Below are positions 28,932-39,061 of a stretch of DNA of 64,000 nucleotides, in pieces. Both the position numbers and the translations under genes were made by a program. Origin of the DNA: Mucilaginibacter sp. (GTDB lineage: Bacteria > Bacteroidota > Bacteroidia > Sphingobacteriales > Sphingobacteriaceae); NCBI GenBank assembly GCA_028287895.1, contig JAQBOV010000073.1, positions 3,088-67,087 of the forward strand, given 5' to 3'. The first letter of the stretch is position 1; every line of letters starts with the position of its first letter. The notes under the pieces are model-generated. The model made no database searches, was not told the DNA's origin, and was given only the letters and a program-made list of their open reading frames with translations.

Positions 28932-29402
28932 GACTTCAATATTTTTTTATCTCAAATGTTCTGTAACGGTCACACTTCTAAATTCATACAGAATTATAAG
29001 TTACTTATGTTAATACAATGGCTATGCCAAAATCCCTTATTAAAATAAAACTTTTTTCACTTTCGTTAAAAAAGAGGGTTGGCAAAGAGCAGACGCACTA
29101 AAATTTCACGAGTCTGAGTAAATATTTAATCTCCGGGGCGGCTGGGACTCTTTTTTTTTTCATACCGCAACTTTTCATTTGATCATTTTTGTGGATATTT
29201 ATAGTCACATTCCTGAATAAGTAAATGTTTTTGGGCAGCATTTTTTTCTGCCGGCATGATCCGATTGTCTGGCAAATATAAAAGCCATCAATATACCGCG
29301 CTGATTATCAGATATTTATTTACTATACACGCTGACGATCATTTCTAATTCGTTGGTGTTGATACGAATAGTTGACAATGCGTTTAAAAAATACCTTTTT
29401 GT

Positions 29403-29410
29403 TATATTTG
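29403..29410 (+). promoter_or_regulatory. Candidate -7 box (TATATTTG) immediately upstream of mfd
   Basis: It matches TAnnTTTG and ends 7 nt before the TTG at 29418 that opens the mfd reading frame. Confidence 0.3.
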
Positions 29411-29417
29411 CGGCAGT

Positions 29418-32400
29418 TTGAACATCCGTGATATTTTAGAGCATTATAAAGCTGATGAGCGGGTAAAAACGTTGGCGCAATCGCTAAACGTTGGCAAAGA
29501 CCCCAGGATTCAATTGCGTGGTTTGGTCGGATCGGCAGATGCGACCGTGGCGGTAGCTTTGTATTTTTTGCAGCACGCACATATGATATTTGTATTGCCC
29601 GACAGGGAAGAGGCCGGTTACTTTCAGGCTGACCTTGAAAATCTGACCGGGAAAGAGATACTGCTTTTCCCCTCCTCCTACCGCAAGGCATTTGAATTCA
29701 CCCAGCCCGACAGCAGCAATGTGCTGGCGCGCGCCGAGGTGTTGAACGAATTAAACCACGCGTCCGAATTTGGCCGGCTGATAGTTACTTACCCCGAGGC
29801 CTTAGCCGAAAAAGTGATTGACCGCGCTTCGCTTGAGAAAAATACGCTTGAAATTGCTGTCAGCAATAAGCTCAGCATCGATTTTATCAATGAGTTTTTG
29901 ATCGAATATGATTTTGACCGGGTCGATTTTGTTTATGAGCCGGGCCAGTTTTCTATCCGGGGCGGTATAGTCGATATATTTTCCTTCTCGCACGATCTTC
30001 CGTACCGTGTGGAGTTCTTTGGTGATTTTATTGAATCCATCCGCACCTTTGAAGTGGAGGACCAGTTATCAGTTGAACAGGTGAAAACGATTACTATTGT
30101 GCCGAATGTACAATCGAAATTCCTGACGGAAAATAATATCTCCTTACTCGAGTACATCGATGCAGGTTCGCAGCTGTGGATAAAGGATGTGCAGTTTACG
30201 CTGGATATCATTAAAAGCGGTTATAAAAAAGCGGTTGAATTGTGGAAGGCCCTGTCATCCGAAGAAAAAAATAAGAACCCTGATTGGATAGATCCCAAAT
30301 TCGGCTTTACCGATGAGAAACTCATCGCTGACCAGTTGCATGATTTCCCCGTAGTGGAGTTCGGCAAACAGTTTTTTTACCAGGCAGGCAAAATTATCGA
30401 TTTTGATATGCGGCCGCAGCCCTCATTCAACAAAGACTTTAGCCTGCTTATCCACAACTTTAAAAACAATAATGCTGAAGGTGTAAAGAATTTTATTCTG
30501 ACAGATTCAGCGCGGCAAGTGGAGCGGCTGTATGCCATTCTGGAAGACATTGACAAAACGTTAGAATTTACTCCCATCAGTATTTCCATACGCGAGGGCT
30601 TTGTAGACCGTGAGCAAAAATTTGCCTGTTATACCGACCACCAGATATTTGACCGTTATTATAAATACAAATTAAAAAAGGGATATCAGCGCACACAGGC
30701 TATCACCCTTAAAGAGCTGCGCGAACTAAAGCCTGGTGATTATGTGACCCATATTGACCATGGCATCGGCAAATATGCCGGGCTTGAAAAAGTAGAGGTA
30801 AATGAAAAAATGCAGGAAATGATCCGTTTGGTGTATGCGGATAACGACCTGTTGTATGTCAACATCAATTCGCTCAACCGTATTTCAAAATACAGCGGAA
30901 AAGAGGGCACGATTCCCAAAATGAACAAACTTGGTACGGATACCTGGGAGCGTTTGAAAAAAACCACAAAAAAAAAAGTTAAAGACATAGCACGGGATCT
31001 TATCAAGCTTTACGCCCTGCGGAAATCCAAACAGGGAAATGCTTTTACACCGGATAGCTATCTGCAAACCGAACTCGAGGCTTCATTTATTTATGAGGAT
31101 ACACCCGACCAGGAAAAAGCGACCGCCGACTTTAAGAAGGACATGGAATCACCCCATCCTATGGACCGGCTAATTTGCGGTGATGTGGGTTTCGGAAAAA
31201 CAGAGGTGGCCATTCGCGCAGCTTTTAAGGCAGTTGCCGATAGCAAGCAGGTAGCCATTTTAGTACCAACGACCATTTTAGCCGCCCAGCATTATAAAAC
31301 CTTCTCAGATCGCCTGAAGGGTTTCCCCTGCAATATTGATTATGTGAACCGTTTTAAATCGAGCAGGCAGATCAAGGATACGCTGGAAAAATTAAAGGAA
31401 GGCAAGGTGGATATCATTATCGGCACGCACCGCCTGGTTAGCAAGGACGTGAAGTTTAAGGACCTCGGTCTGATGATCATTGATGAGGAACAAAAATTCG
31501 GGGTATCGACCAAAGAGAAATTGAAGCAAATGCGGGCCAACGTAGATACGCTTACGCTTACTGCAACGCCCATACCGCGTACGCTGCATTTCTCACTCAT
31601 GGGTGCCCGCGACCTTTCCATTATATCTACCCCGCCACCAAACCGCCAGCCGGTGGTTACCGAGCTGCATGTGTTTAGTGATACGCTGATCAAAGAGGCC
31701 GTTGAACATGAAATAGACAGGAGCGGACAGATTTTCTTTATCCATAACCGTGTTGCCGATCTGCCGCAACTGGGAGGCTTAATTCATAAACTGGTTCCAA
31801 AAGCACGCATTGGTATAGCACATGGCCAGCTGGAGGGCGATGCACTGGAAGATGTGATGCTGAAGTTTGTTAACGGCGAATACGATGTACTGGTAGCCAC
31901 TACCATTATCGAGGCCGGGCTTGATATACCTAATGCCAATACGATCATCATCAACCATGCGCATATGTTTGGCCTGAGCGACCTCCACCAGATGAGGGGA
32001 CGCGTGGGCCGGAGCAATAAGAAGGCATACTGTTACCTGCTTAGCCCACCGCTTTCAACACTTACACCGGAAGCACGCAAGCGCCTGAGCGCCATAGAAG
32101 AATTCTCTGATCTGGGTAGCGGCTTTAACGTGGCCATGCGCGACCTGGATATTCGCGGAAGCGGTAACCTGCTGGGGGCCGAGCAAAGCGGTTTTATAGC
32201 CGAGATCGGTTTCGAGATGTACCACAAAATACTGGACGAAGCCATACAGGAGCTGAAAGATGATGAATTTAAGGGTGTATTCCCTGATGAAAAACCGCGG
32301 CCATATATTTCTTTCACGCAGATCGATACGGATATGGAAATTCTCATCCCGGACGAATATGTGACCAGCATAGCCGAACGTTACAACCTGTACACTGAGC

Positions 32401-32771
32401 TTTCGAAACTCGAAAACGAAGCAGAATTGAAGGCATTTGAACAACAACTTCATGACCGTTTTGGACCGATACCGCCACAAGTGAACGATCTGCTTAACAC
32501 CATGCGGCTGCAATGGCTTGGCAAGGCCATCGGCTTCGAAAAAATATCATTAAAAAAGAACATCCTGCGGGGCTATTTTATCAGCAGTCAGCAATCACCC
32601 TATTTTGAAAGCGATGCCTTCAGGCAGGTATTGATGTTTGTGCAGGCCAATCCACGCCGCACTAATTTGAAGGAAGTAAAAAATACGCTGCGCTTAAGTA
32701 TTGACGGCGTTGGCAGCATTAATGAAGCGGTTGACCTGCTTGGTGAAATAGCTGAACCTGTAGGGGTTTAA
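29418..32771 (+). CDS. mfd: Transcription-repair coupling factor
   Basis: 1117 aa. It has a UvrB-homology N-terminus, helicase motifs GDVGFGKTEVA, IIDEEQKFG and TATPIPRTL, and the TRG motif region RGRVGRS. The apparent start is TTG at 29418, with no nearby in-frame ATG. Confidence 0.95.
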   Translation: MNIRDILEHYKADERVKTLAQSLNVGKDPRIQLRGLVGSADATVAVALYFLQHAHMIFVLPDREEAGYFQADLENLTGKEILLFPSSYRKAFEFTQPDSSNVLARAEVLNELNHASEFGRLIVTYPEALAEKVIDRASLEKNTLEIAVSNKLSIDFINEFLIEYDFDRVDFVYEPGQFSIRGGIVDIFSFSHDLPYRVEFFGDFIESIRTFEVEDQLSVEQVKTITIVPNVQSKFLTENNISLLEYIDAGSQLWIKDVQFTLDIIKSGYKKAVELWKALSSEEKNKNPDWIDPKFGFTDEKLIADQLHDFPVVEFGKQFFYQAGKIIDFDMRPQPSFNKDFSLLIHNFKNNNAEGVKNFILTDSARQVERLYAILEDIDKTLEFTPISISIREGFVDREQKFACYTDHQIFDRYYKYKLKKGYQRTQAITLKELRELKPGDYVTHIDHGIGKYAGLEKVEVNEKMQEMIRLVYADNDLLYVNINSLNRISKYSGKEGTIPKMNKLGTDTWERLKKTTKKKVKDIARDLIKLYALRKSKQGNAFTPDSYLQTELEASFIYEDTPDQEKATADFKKDMESPHPMDRLICGDVGFGKTEVAIRAAFKAVADSKQVAILVPTTILAAQHYKTFSDRLKGFPCNIDYVNRFKSSRQIKDTLEKLKEGKVDIIIGTHRLVSKDVKFKDLGLMIIDEEQKFGVSTKEKLKQMRANVDTLTLTATPIPRTLHFSLMGARDLSIISTPPPNRQPVVTELHVFSDTLIKEAVEHEIDRSGQIFFIHNRVADLPQLGGLIHKLVPKARIGIAHGQLEGDALEDVMLKFVNGEYDVLVATTIIEAGLDIPNANTIIINHAHMFGLSDLHQMRGRVGRSNKKAYCYLLSPPLSTLTPEARKRLSAIEEFSDLGSGFNVAMRDLDIRGSGNLLGAEQSGFIAEIGFEMYHKILDEAIQELKDDEFKGVFPDEKPRPYISFTQIDTDMEILIPDEYVTSIAERYNLYTELSKLENEAELKAFEQQLHDRFGPIPPQVNDLLNTMRLQWLGKAIGFEKISLKKNILRGYFISSQQSPYFESDAFRQVLMFVQANPRRTNLKEVKNTLRLSIDGVGSINEAVDLLGEIAEPVGV

Positions 32772-32833
32772 TTTGTCCCGACCACGATGAAGAAGGCCTC
32801 GCCATTAAAGGACGATGATGATTATTGGTTTTG

Positions 32834-33976
32834 TTAAACCTGTTTTGCTTTGATATGTATCATATTACCTACTGCAATTCCTGTCCGTATTAAGTTCTCC
32901 TGAGTATTACCCATCGCTGTGGCCAAATCAACCGGCTCATTATTGACCGACATTAAAACATCAAAATATTGCTGTAATTCGGCATCCTGTTCCAAAGGTA
33001 TTTTACCGGCCAGGCCTATGACAGGGATATGCTTATTTTTTGCTCTTAAGGCAACCCCGTATGGCCCTTTGCCTTGCAGTGTTTGCCGGTCAATGCTGCC
33101 TTCGCCGGTGATTACCAGGTCGCTTCGCTTTAAGACCTCATCAAAATTTGTCAGCGATAAAAAATATTCTATCCCGTTTACCAGCTTTGCATTTAACCAG
33201 GTATACAAACCTGCCGTGGCGCCTCCGGCAGCGCCTCCATGTTTGATATGAGCCATATCGATACCTGTTTGAGCGGTGGAGACACTTGCAAAGTTTTCCA
33301 AAAAAGTTTCCAGTAATTGCACATCCTCAGCCGAGGCACCTTTTTGAGGGCCAAATACACCCGCAGCGCCTTGCGGCCCTAAAAGTTGGTTATCTACATC
33401 GCAAAGTATAACCACCTGGCGATTCAAAATTCGTGGATCAAGTTCGGAAGTATCTGTTTTAGCTATATTGATCAGGTATTCGGGTATGGCAATTAAGCGT
33501 TCACCGCTGGCATCCAAAAAAATAATCCCCAGCGCGCTTAGTATACCACATCCACCGTCAACCGTGGCTGAGCCGCCCATTGCAATGATGATCTTATCGG
33601 CACCCTCATCGAGCGCAAATCTGATGAGCTGGCCGGTTCCATAGGAAGAAGCCTTCAGTGGATTTAATTCATCCTTGTTTAACAACCGCAAACCAGAGGC
33701 ATTAGCCATTTCAATAACGGCGGTCTTACCGTTATCGATCAATCCGAATGAGGCTTCTATTTTTCTTCCAAGGGGATCATGAACTTCCTTCCAAATTATT
33801 TTCCCCTGGCAGCTTTCAATGATCAGGCTGCCTGTGCCATCACCCCCATCGGCGATCGGGAAACATTCAGAGGTACACTCCAGTTTGCTTAACTTTAATC
33901 CCTGCTGAATCGCCATGGCAACCTGCGAAGCATCGAGGCTATTTTTAAAAGCGTTTGGGGCGATCAGGATATGCAT
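32834..33976 (-). CDS. glxK: Glycerate kinase
   Basis: 380 aa. The start MHILIAPNAFK..L and PIADGGDGTGS are typical of the glycerate kinase family. Confidence 0.88.
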   Translation of the reverse strand: MHILIAPNAFKNSLDASQVAMAIQQGLKLSKLECTSECFPIADGGDGTGSLIIESCQGKIIWKEVHDPLGRKIEASFGLIDNGKTAVIEMANASGLRLLNKDELNPLKASSYGTGQLIRFALDEGADKIIIAMGGSATVDGGCGILSALGIIFLDASGERLIAIPEYLINIAKTDTSELDPRILNRQVVILCDVDNQLLGPQGAAGVFGPQKGASAEDVQLLETFLENFASVSTAQTGIDMAHIKHGGAAGGATAGLYTWLNAKLVNGIEYFLSLTNFDEVLKRSDLVITGEGSIDRQTLQGKGPYGVALRAKNKHIPVIGLAGKIPLEQDAELQQYFDVLMSVNNEPVDLATAMGNTQENLIRTGIAVGNMIHIKAKQV

Positions 33977-33977
33977 G

Positions 33978-35306
33978 TTATAATAGCTTTGATAAAATGT
34001 AAACCATCGTCAGCGCAGTTAGTCCCATTAACAGGGTGGCCGTTGAATATACCTTCAGCATGGTTTTCATTTCCAGTCCCGAAAATTTTGCGATTACCCA
34101 AAAATAGGCATCATTGGCATGGGAGATCATCATGGACCCTCCTCCCATGGCAAGCACACAAAGTAATTTTCCCGTTCCGGTATTTAAACCCAATGCCGGT
34201 AATAACGGCAGCACAAGCGACGCGGCTGTAATAATAGCAACCGTTGATGAGCCCTGGGCTGTTTTTAAAACAGACGTCAGCAAAAAAGGAAAGAATATGC
34301 CCATACTGCCTAATGCCAATGACTGACTAAGGTGTTCTCCTATTTTGGCAGCTGTTAAAATAGCGCCAAAGGCCCCGCCCATTCCTATGATCACCAATAT
34401 TCCACCTGCTTTTTCAACCGCTTCCTGTAAAATCTTACTGAGTTCATTTCTTTTCCATGACCGCTTACAACTAAATGCCAGCAATACCCCGATAAACAAC
34501 GCAATGACAGGATCGCCTAAGGAAATCAATATAGACAGCCATCCTTTATATGCCACTGTGCCTGTTGTTAAAAAAGACCGGATGCCGATCAAAATTATAG
34601 GTATAAATACAGGCATGCAGGCCCCGGCGACAGGGGGCCGGTTGCTCGTTTGACCGACAGCGATTATATTTTCTGCTACCCTATCAGGCGCTTTTTTGCC
34701 GGCATATCTGGCCCATAAATTACCAACCAGCATTGCCGGTATGGCTACTACTATCCCGGTTAATATCAGTTTGCCAAAATCTACCCCGATCGTAGCTGCG
34801 GCGGCAGAACTTCCCGGATGTGGAGGCACCAGACAATGGACGGCGTATAAACCTGTAGCCAATGAAACGGACATGGTTGTGACGGAACTACCGGTTCGCT
34901 TAGCCATCGAAAGGTTTAAGCCGCTAAGTACTATAAACCCTGAATCACAAAATATAGGCAGTCCAACTATAAATCCGGTAATGCTCATGGCTAAAGGTGC
35001 AAAGCGGTTACCCAATTTTTTTACCAGAACGGATGCCATTACAGTCGTACTACCGGTATATTCAAGCAATAACCCCAGGGTGGTCCCCAGGACAATAATT
35101 AACCCTAATGATTTTAATATGTTACCGAACCCGTCCTTTATTACCGAGATAACCCCTACCAGGGGCAGCTGTATTCCCAAACCAACCACCAAACAAGCCA
35201 GGAATAAAGCAAAGAATGCCGGAACTTTATATTTGGCCGTGAGAATTACAATAAGCGCAATTCCGGCTACTAATAAAGCGAGGACAAAGGCTAAGGAATT
35301 GGTCAT
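33978..35306 (-). CDS. GntP-family permease (gluconate/glycerate:H+ symporter type)
   Basis: 442 aa polytopic protein with GntP-like architecture. It ends 1 nt before the glycerate kinase start, which suggests an acid-sugar or glycerate substrate. Confidence 0.85.
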   Translation of the reverse strand: MTNSLAFVLALLVAGIALIVILTAKYKVPAFFALFLACLVVGLGIQLPLVGVISVIKDGFGNILKSLGLIIVLGTTLGLLLEYTGSTTVMASVLVKKLGNRFAPLAMSITGFIVGLPIFCDSGFIVLSGLNLSMAKRTGSSVTTMSVSLATGLYAVHCLVPPHPGSSAAAATIGVDFGKLILTGIVVAIPAMLVGNLWARYAGKKAPDRVAENIIAVGQTSNRPPVAGACMPVFIPIILIGIRSFLTTGTVAYKGWLSILISLGDPVIALFIGVLLAFSCKRSWKRNELSKILQEAVEKAGGILVIIGMGGAFGAILTAAKIGEHLSQSLALGSMGIFFPFLLTSVLKTAQGSSTVAIITAASLVLPLLPALGLNTGTGKLLCVLAMGGGSMMISHANDAYFWVIAKFSGLEMKTMLKVYSTATLLMGLTALTMVYILSKLL

Positions 35307-35354
35307 TGGCTAATTGGTGAACCTGCTATGGCAAATTACAAACTTAATCAACTT

Positions 35355-35894
35355 TTAACTTATCTTCCTGTATATTCCCCTCAAATTCCGTCCGAGTTCT
35401 TTATAATCCAGGCCATAGCCCACCACAAATTCATTCTCTATCTCGAAGCCGACGTATTTCAATTCATTAATAGTGCTTTCCAGCGCTTTGGGTTTCAGCA
35501 GCATGGAACATACGGTGATGGAAGCCGGTTCGCGCACTTTTAATTTATCTATCAGGTAATGCAGCGTGTTGCCTGTATCCACAATATCTTCCACCAATAT
35601 AATGTCCCGGCCTTTTATATTAATGGTCAGGTCAAAGTCGTCCCTTATTTTGCGGGTGCTGGATATGCCGCCGAAATAGGACGCCAGTTTGGTAAAAGTA
35701 ACTTCAACGGGGATATCGATCTCTTTGATCAGGTCGGCAGTGAATAGAAAACTACCGTTCAACACGCCCACCAAAACCGGCGTGCGGCCTTTATAGTCAG
35801 CATTGATCAGAGCGGCGAGCGCCTTTATGCGTTTCTCTATCTTATCATAACTGATCAACAACTCAAAATTCAGGTCGGCAACTTGCGCTTTCAT
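35355..35894 (-). CDS. hpt: Hypoxanthine phosphoribosyltransferase
   Basis: The PRPP-binding motif LVEDIVDTGNTL is present. I placed the start at ATG 35894 (MKAQVADLNFE..); the track start is 35927. Confidence 0.92.
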   Translation of the reverse strand: MKAQVADLNFELLISYDKIEKRIKALAALINADYKGRTPVLVGVLNGSFLFTADLIKEIDIPVEVTFTKLASYFGGISSTRKIRDDFDLTINIKGRDIILVEDIVDTGNTLHYLIDKLKVREPASITVCSMLLKPKALESTINELKYVGFEIENEFVVGYGLDYKELGRNLRGIYRKIS

Positions 35895-36037
35895 GCGATA
35901 AATGTAAAAATTATACTTGAAATGCATTTAATTACCTGATAAATAAACATTTTTGCTTTTTATTCATTCTGTTGATCGTACCAGAGTTCCCTCTGTTTCG
36001 AATTTGCGGATTAAAAAATCCATATCTTTACTCCCTG

Positions 36038-37267
36038 ATGATTGACTACCAGGTTCATACCTTATCCAACGGCATTCGCATTTTACACAAACATTCGCCT
36101 TCGGCGATTACGCATTGCTGCTTTGTGGTCAATGCGGGGTCGCGCGATGAGCCCGAGCACAAAGAGGGCCTGGCACACTTTATTGAACACCTGCTGTTTA
36201 AGGAGACCGAAACACGCAGCACCAACCAAATATTGAACCGGCTTGAGCTGGTGGGCGCAGACTTGAATGCCTATACCACAAAGGAATACACCTGTATACA
36301 CGCCTCGCTGCTAAGGCAGCATTTAGAGCGCACAGTCGACCTGTTCCAGGATATCCTGTTCCATTCCACTTTTCCGCAGCAGGAGATAGAAAAGGAAAGA
36401 GGGGTGATACTGGATGAAATTGCCTCCTATGTTGACCAGCCTGAAGAAGCTATACAGGATGACTTTGAGGAACTCCTTTTTAAGGGCCACGCCCTGGGTA
36501 AAAATATTTTGGGCGCACCCGAAACGGTAGGGGCGATGAACAAGGCCGACATTAAACATTTCATGGCGGCAAACTACAACACTGCCGAAATGATCTTTGC
36601 TGTTTTTGGCGATCATGATCTTAAAAAGCTCATCAAACTGGCCGAAAAATATTTTGGCATCATCCCGGCCAACTACTCAAAAAAGAACCGCATCAGACCG
36701 AATGATAGCAAAGGTGAAAAAGTGAGTGTTCACAGGCCCATCACCCAAACACATTGTGTAATGGGAAACAGGGCATATCCATCATCGCACCATCATAAAA
36801 CAGGACTTTTGCTGCTAAATAACCTGCTGGGCGGCATGGGCATGAGCAACCGGTTAAACCTGGAGATACGCGAAAAATACGGCATAGCCTATACTATCGA
36901 ATCCAATTACACGCCATTGTCCGACACCGGTATGTTTTCCATTTATTTTGGCACAGACACTGAAAAGGCTGAAAAAGCACTGAGACTGGTACATAAGGAA
37001 TTAAAAAAGCTGCGTGACCAAAAGCTGGGCAACCTGCAATTGCACCAGGCCAAACAAAAATTTATAGGCCAGATTGCCTTAGCCGAAGAAAATCGCATGG
37101 GCCTGATCATTTCGATGGCAAAAAGCCTGCTCGATTTTGGTTATGTGGATACCCTGGAGCAAATATTTGCAAAAATAAATGCCTGCACCGCAGAACAATT
37201 GCTCGAAATAAGCAATCAAATTTTTGATAATAGCCTGACCACTTTGATGTTTGTGCCTAAACAATAA
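36038..37267 (+). CDS. M16-family (pitrilysin-like) zinc peptidase
   Basis: The inverted zinc motif HxxEH (AHFIEHLLFK) is present. I placed the start at ATG 36038 (MIDYQVHTLSNGIRIL); the track start is 35972. Confidence 0.88.
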   Translation: MIDYQVHTLSNGIRILHKHSPSAITHCCFVVNAGSRDEPEHKEGLAHFIEHLLFKETETRSTNQILNRLELVGADLNAYTTKEYTCIHASLLRQHLERTVDLFQDILFHSTFPQQEIEKERGVILDEIASYVDQPEEAIQDDFEELLFKGHALGKNILGAPETVGAMNKADIKHFMAANYNTAEMIFAVFGDHDLKKLIKLAEKYFGIIPANYSKKNRIRPNDSKGEKVSVHRPITQTHCVMGNRAYPSSHHHKTGLLLLNNLLGGMGMSNRLNLEIREKYGIAYTIESNYTPLSDTGMFSIYFGTDTEKAEKALRLVHKELKKLRDQKLGNLQLHQAKQKFIGQIALAEENRMGLIISMAKSLLDFGYVDTLEQIFAKINACTAEQLLEISNQIFDNSLTTLMFVPKQ

Positions 37268-37332
37268 AGCCGTATTTTTGTATCTGATTCAGCATACCTT
37301 AAAAACCAATTAGCACACGAATAATTATTTTG

Positions 37333-37905
37333 ATGAAACTTCCTATTATAGCCTACGGAGATCCGATTTTAAGAAAAAAAGCTACCGCTATCGAGCCGGA
37401 TGAATACCCCAACATTAAACAACTGGTTGAGGACATGTTCGAGACCATGTATGGGGCCAGGGGTGTGGGTTTGGCTGCTCCGCAGATCGGTTTGTCCATG
37501 CGTTTGTTTGTGATTGATGCTACTCCTTTTGATGATGAGGAACCCGAATTAAAAGACTTTAAAAAGGCGTTCATCAATGCCAATATCCTGGAGGAAGACG
37601 GAACAGAATGGGCCTTTAACGAGGGTTGTCTGAGTATCCCTGATGTACGCGAGGATGTTTTGCGCAAGCCTGTCATCAAAATATCTTATTATGATGAGAA
37701 CTGGAAACACCATGAAGAGACCTATAAAGGTATGGCGGCCCGAATTATTCAACACGAATATGATCATATTGAGGGCAAGCTGTTTACCGATAAGCTAAGC
37801 CCGCTCAGAAAGCGCCTGATCGAAAAGAAACTGAATGATATTTCAAAAGGGGTAGTTGATGTGGATTATAAAATGAAATTCCCTGCTGCTAAGAAGAAAA
37901 GGTAA
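37333..37905 (+). CDS. def: Peptide deformylase
   Basis: Motifs GVGLAAPQIG, EGCLS and QHEYDHIEG are present. ATG is at 37333; the track start at 37330 is TTG. Confidence 0.95.
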   Translation: MKLPIIAYGDPILRKKATAIEPDEYPNIKQLVEDMFETMYGARGVGLAAPQIGLSMRLFVIDATPFDDEEPELKDFKKAFINANILEEDGTEWAFNEGCLSIPDVREDVLRKPVIKISYYDENWKHHEETYKGMAARIIQHEYDHIEGKLFTDKLSPLRKRLIEKKLNDISKGVVDVDYKMKFPAAKKKR

Positions 37906-37997
37906 TTTTAAGTTGGGGGTGTTAACTTCGCAGTTCCAGGTAAAAAAAGAGTTGCATCTCAGACTTTAGACTAAGCCGTTAAGCTGCTGGCTCAAAA

Positions 37998-38639
37998 TCA
38001 ATTGCCTTCACTCGCTGCACGGCTTTTATCCCCATCGGAAATTTGTTTGATGAGCGTTCCCCATGCAATAGGGTTCAGCAACGGATTGGGCGTTAATGAA
38101 TGCTGGTTCAGTAGATTGATATGCTCGTTTTGCGCCCAGACAGATTGTATTTCCTGGCCATCCCGTGGCAGGCTGTTTGAAAGCGAAGCCGTAGTGGTGC
38201 GTTCTATATTTTTCCTTGCTATCTCCAGGTCGTCATCAGCCAGCTTCATCGACAAAAAATCTTTCCTGAATTCGTCTGTTGTAGCCCAGGGAAATACGTG
38301 AAAGGTAGGCAGGTTAATGATCTGCGGTTTTATCATTATCTGCGTTGTATAGCTCTTGCTGGTAACATTGGCGGGTATTACTACCTTAATGGGGGCAAAC
38401 CCGATGCTGGTAAAAAGCAGGGTATCCCGCTCATGTGCTACAAATGAGAAATAACCTTTATAATTACTTAAATTAACCTGGTTGTGGCAGGTAACATTAG
38501 TAATCGTAACATAAGGCACCGCTACTTTGATACTGTCGGCATTATATACCATACCTGAAAATTGCACCAACGGTTTTTCCTGCTGTGCGTGTACACCCGC
38601 TGCGATGAACAGTAATAAAAGGACGACAAAATACTTCAC
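37998..38639 (-). CDS. Secreted carboxypeptidase-regulatory-like domain protein
   Basis: It has a signal peptide (MKYFVVLLLLFIAAGVHAQ) and a CarboxypepD_reg-like segment (FSGMVYN.......PYVTITN......SNYKGYFSF.A...DTLLFTSIGF). Confidence 0.6.
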   Translation of the reverse strand: MKYFVVLLLLFIAAGVHAQQEKPLVQFSGMVYNADSIKVAVPYVTITNVTCHNQVNLSNYKGYFSFVAHERDTLLFTSIGFAPIKVVIPANVTSKSYTTQIMIKPQIINLPTFHVFPWATTDEFRKDFLSMKLADDDLEIARKNIERTTTASLSNSLPRDGQEIQSVWAQNEHINLLNQHSLTPNPLLNPIAWGTLIKQISDGDKSRAASEGN

Positions 38640-38752
38640 TTGATAAAGGATCTCTTTTTTTTAATCGTTAATTAATAAAACGGTGTCAAAAAATATCGGA
38701 CAAAATTAACCTATTGCAATAAATACTAATGCAATTTTAACAATAGTTAACA

Positions 38753-39031
38753 TTACCGCAGATTTTCAGGGAGTACAGCGTTGGGGTCGTCAATATCTGT
38801 CAGATTGATCGCATCAACGCCGGTGATCTCGGGGACTGCCTTTTTTATAGCCTCTTCAATGCCCGCCTTCAAAGTCATGATACTCATCGGGCAAGATCCG
38901 CACGAACCCAGCAATTTTAATTTTACTACATTGTCAGGTGTGATCTCCTCTATAGAAACATTCCCCCCATCAGTTTCCAAATACGGCCTGATCGTATTTA
39001 AAGCTGCTTCCACCCTTTCTAATACAGTCAT
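38753..39031 (-). CDS. NifU-like Fe-S cluster assembly domain protein
   Basis: 92 aa with CGSCPMS and the NifU C-terminal domain pattern. It lies downstream of mrp/apbC. Confidence 0.88.
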   Translation of the reverse strand: MTVLERVEAALNTIRPYLETDGGNVSIEEITPDNVVKLKLLGSCGSCPMSIMTLKAGIEEAIKKAVPEITGVDAINLTDIDDPNAVLPENLR

Positions 39032-39061
39032 TCTTACTAAATTATATATTAAGTAAAGTTA

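Noticed and set aside
29111-29160. A possible rho-independent terminator or sRNA 3' end, suggested by the T10 run at 29151-29160.
   Set aside because: I could build only weak 3-5 bp pairings in the preceding sequence (GAGTC...GACTC), and no plus-strand gene lies upstream. It is kept only as part of the gene-poor-interval finding.
29323-29691. A 122-aa minus-strand ORF spanning the mfd start region.
   Set aside because: It lies antisense to the well-supported mfd N-terminus, is Arg/Pro/Cys-rich and has no family resemblance.
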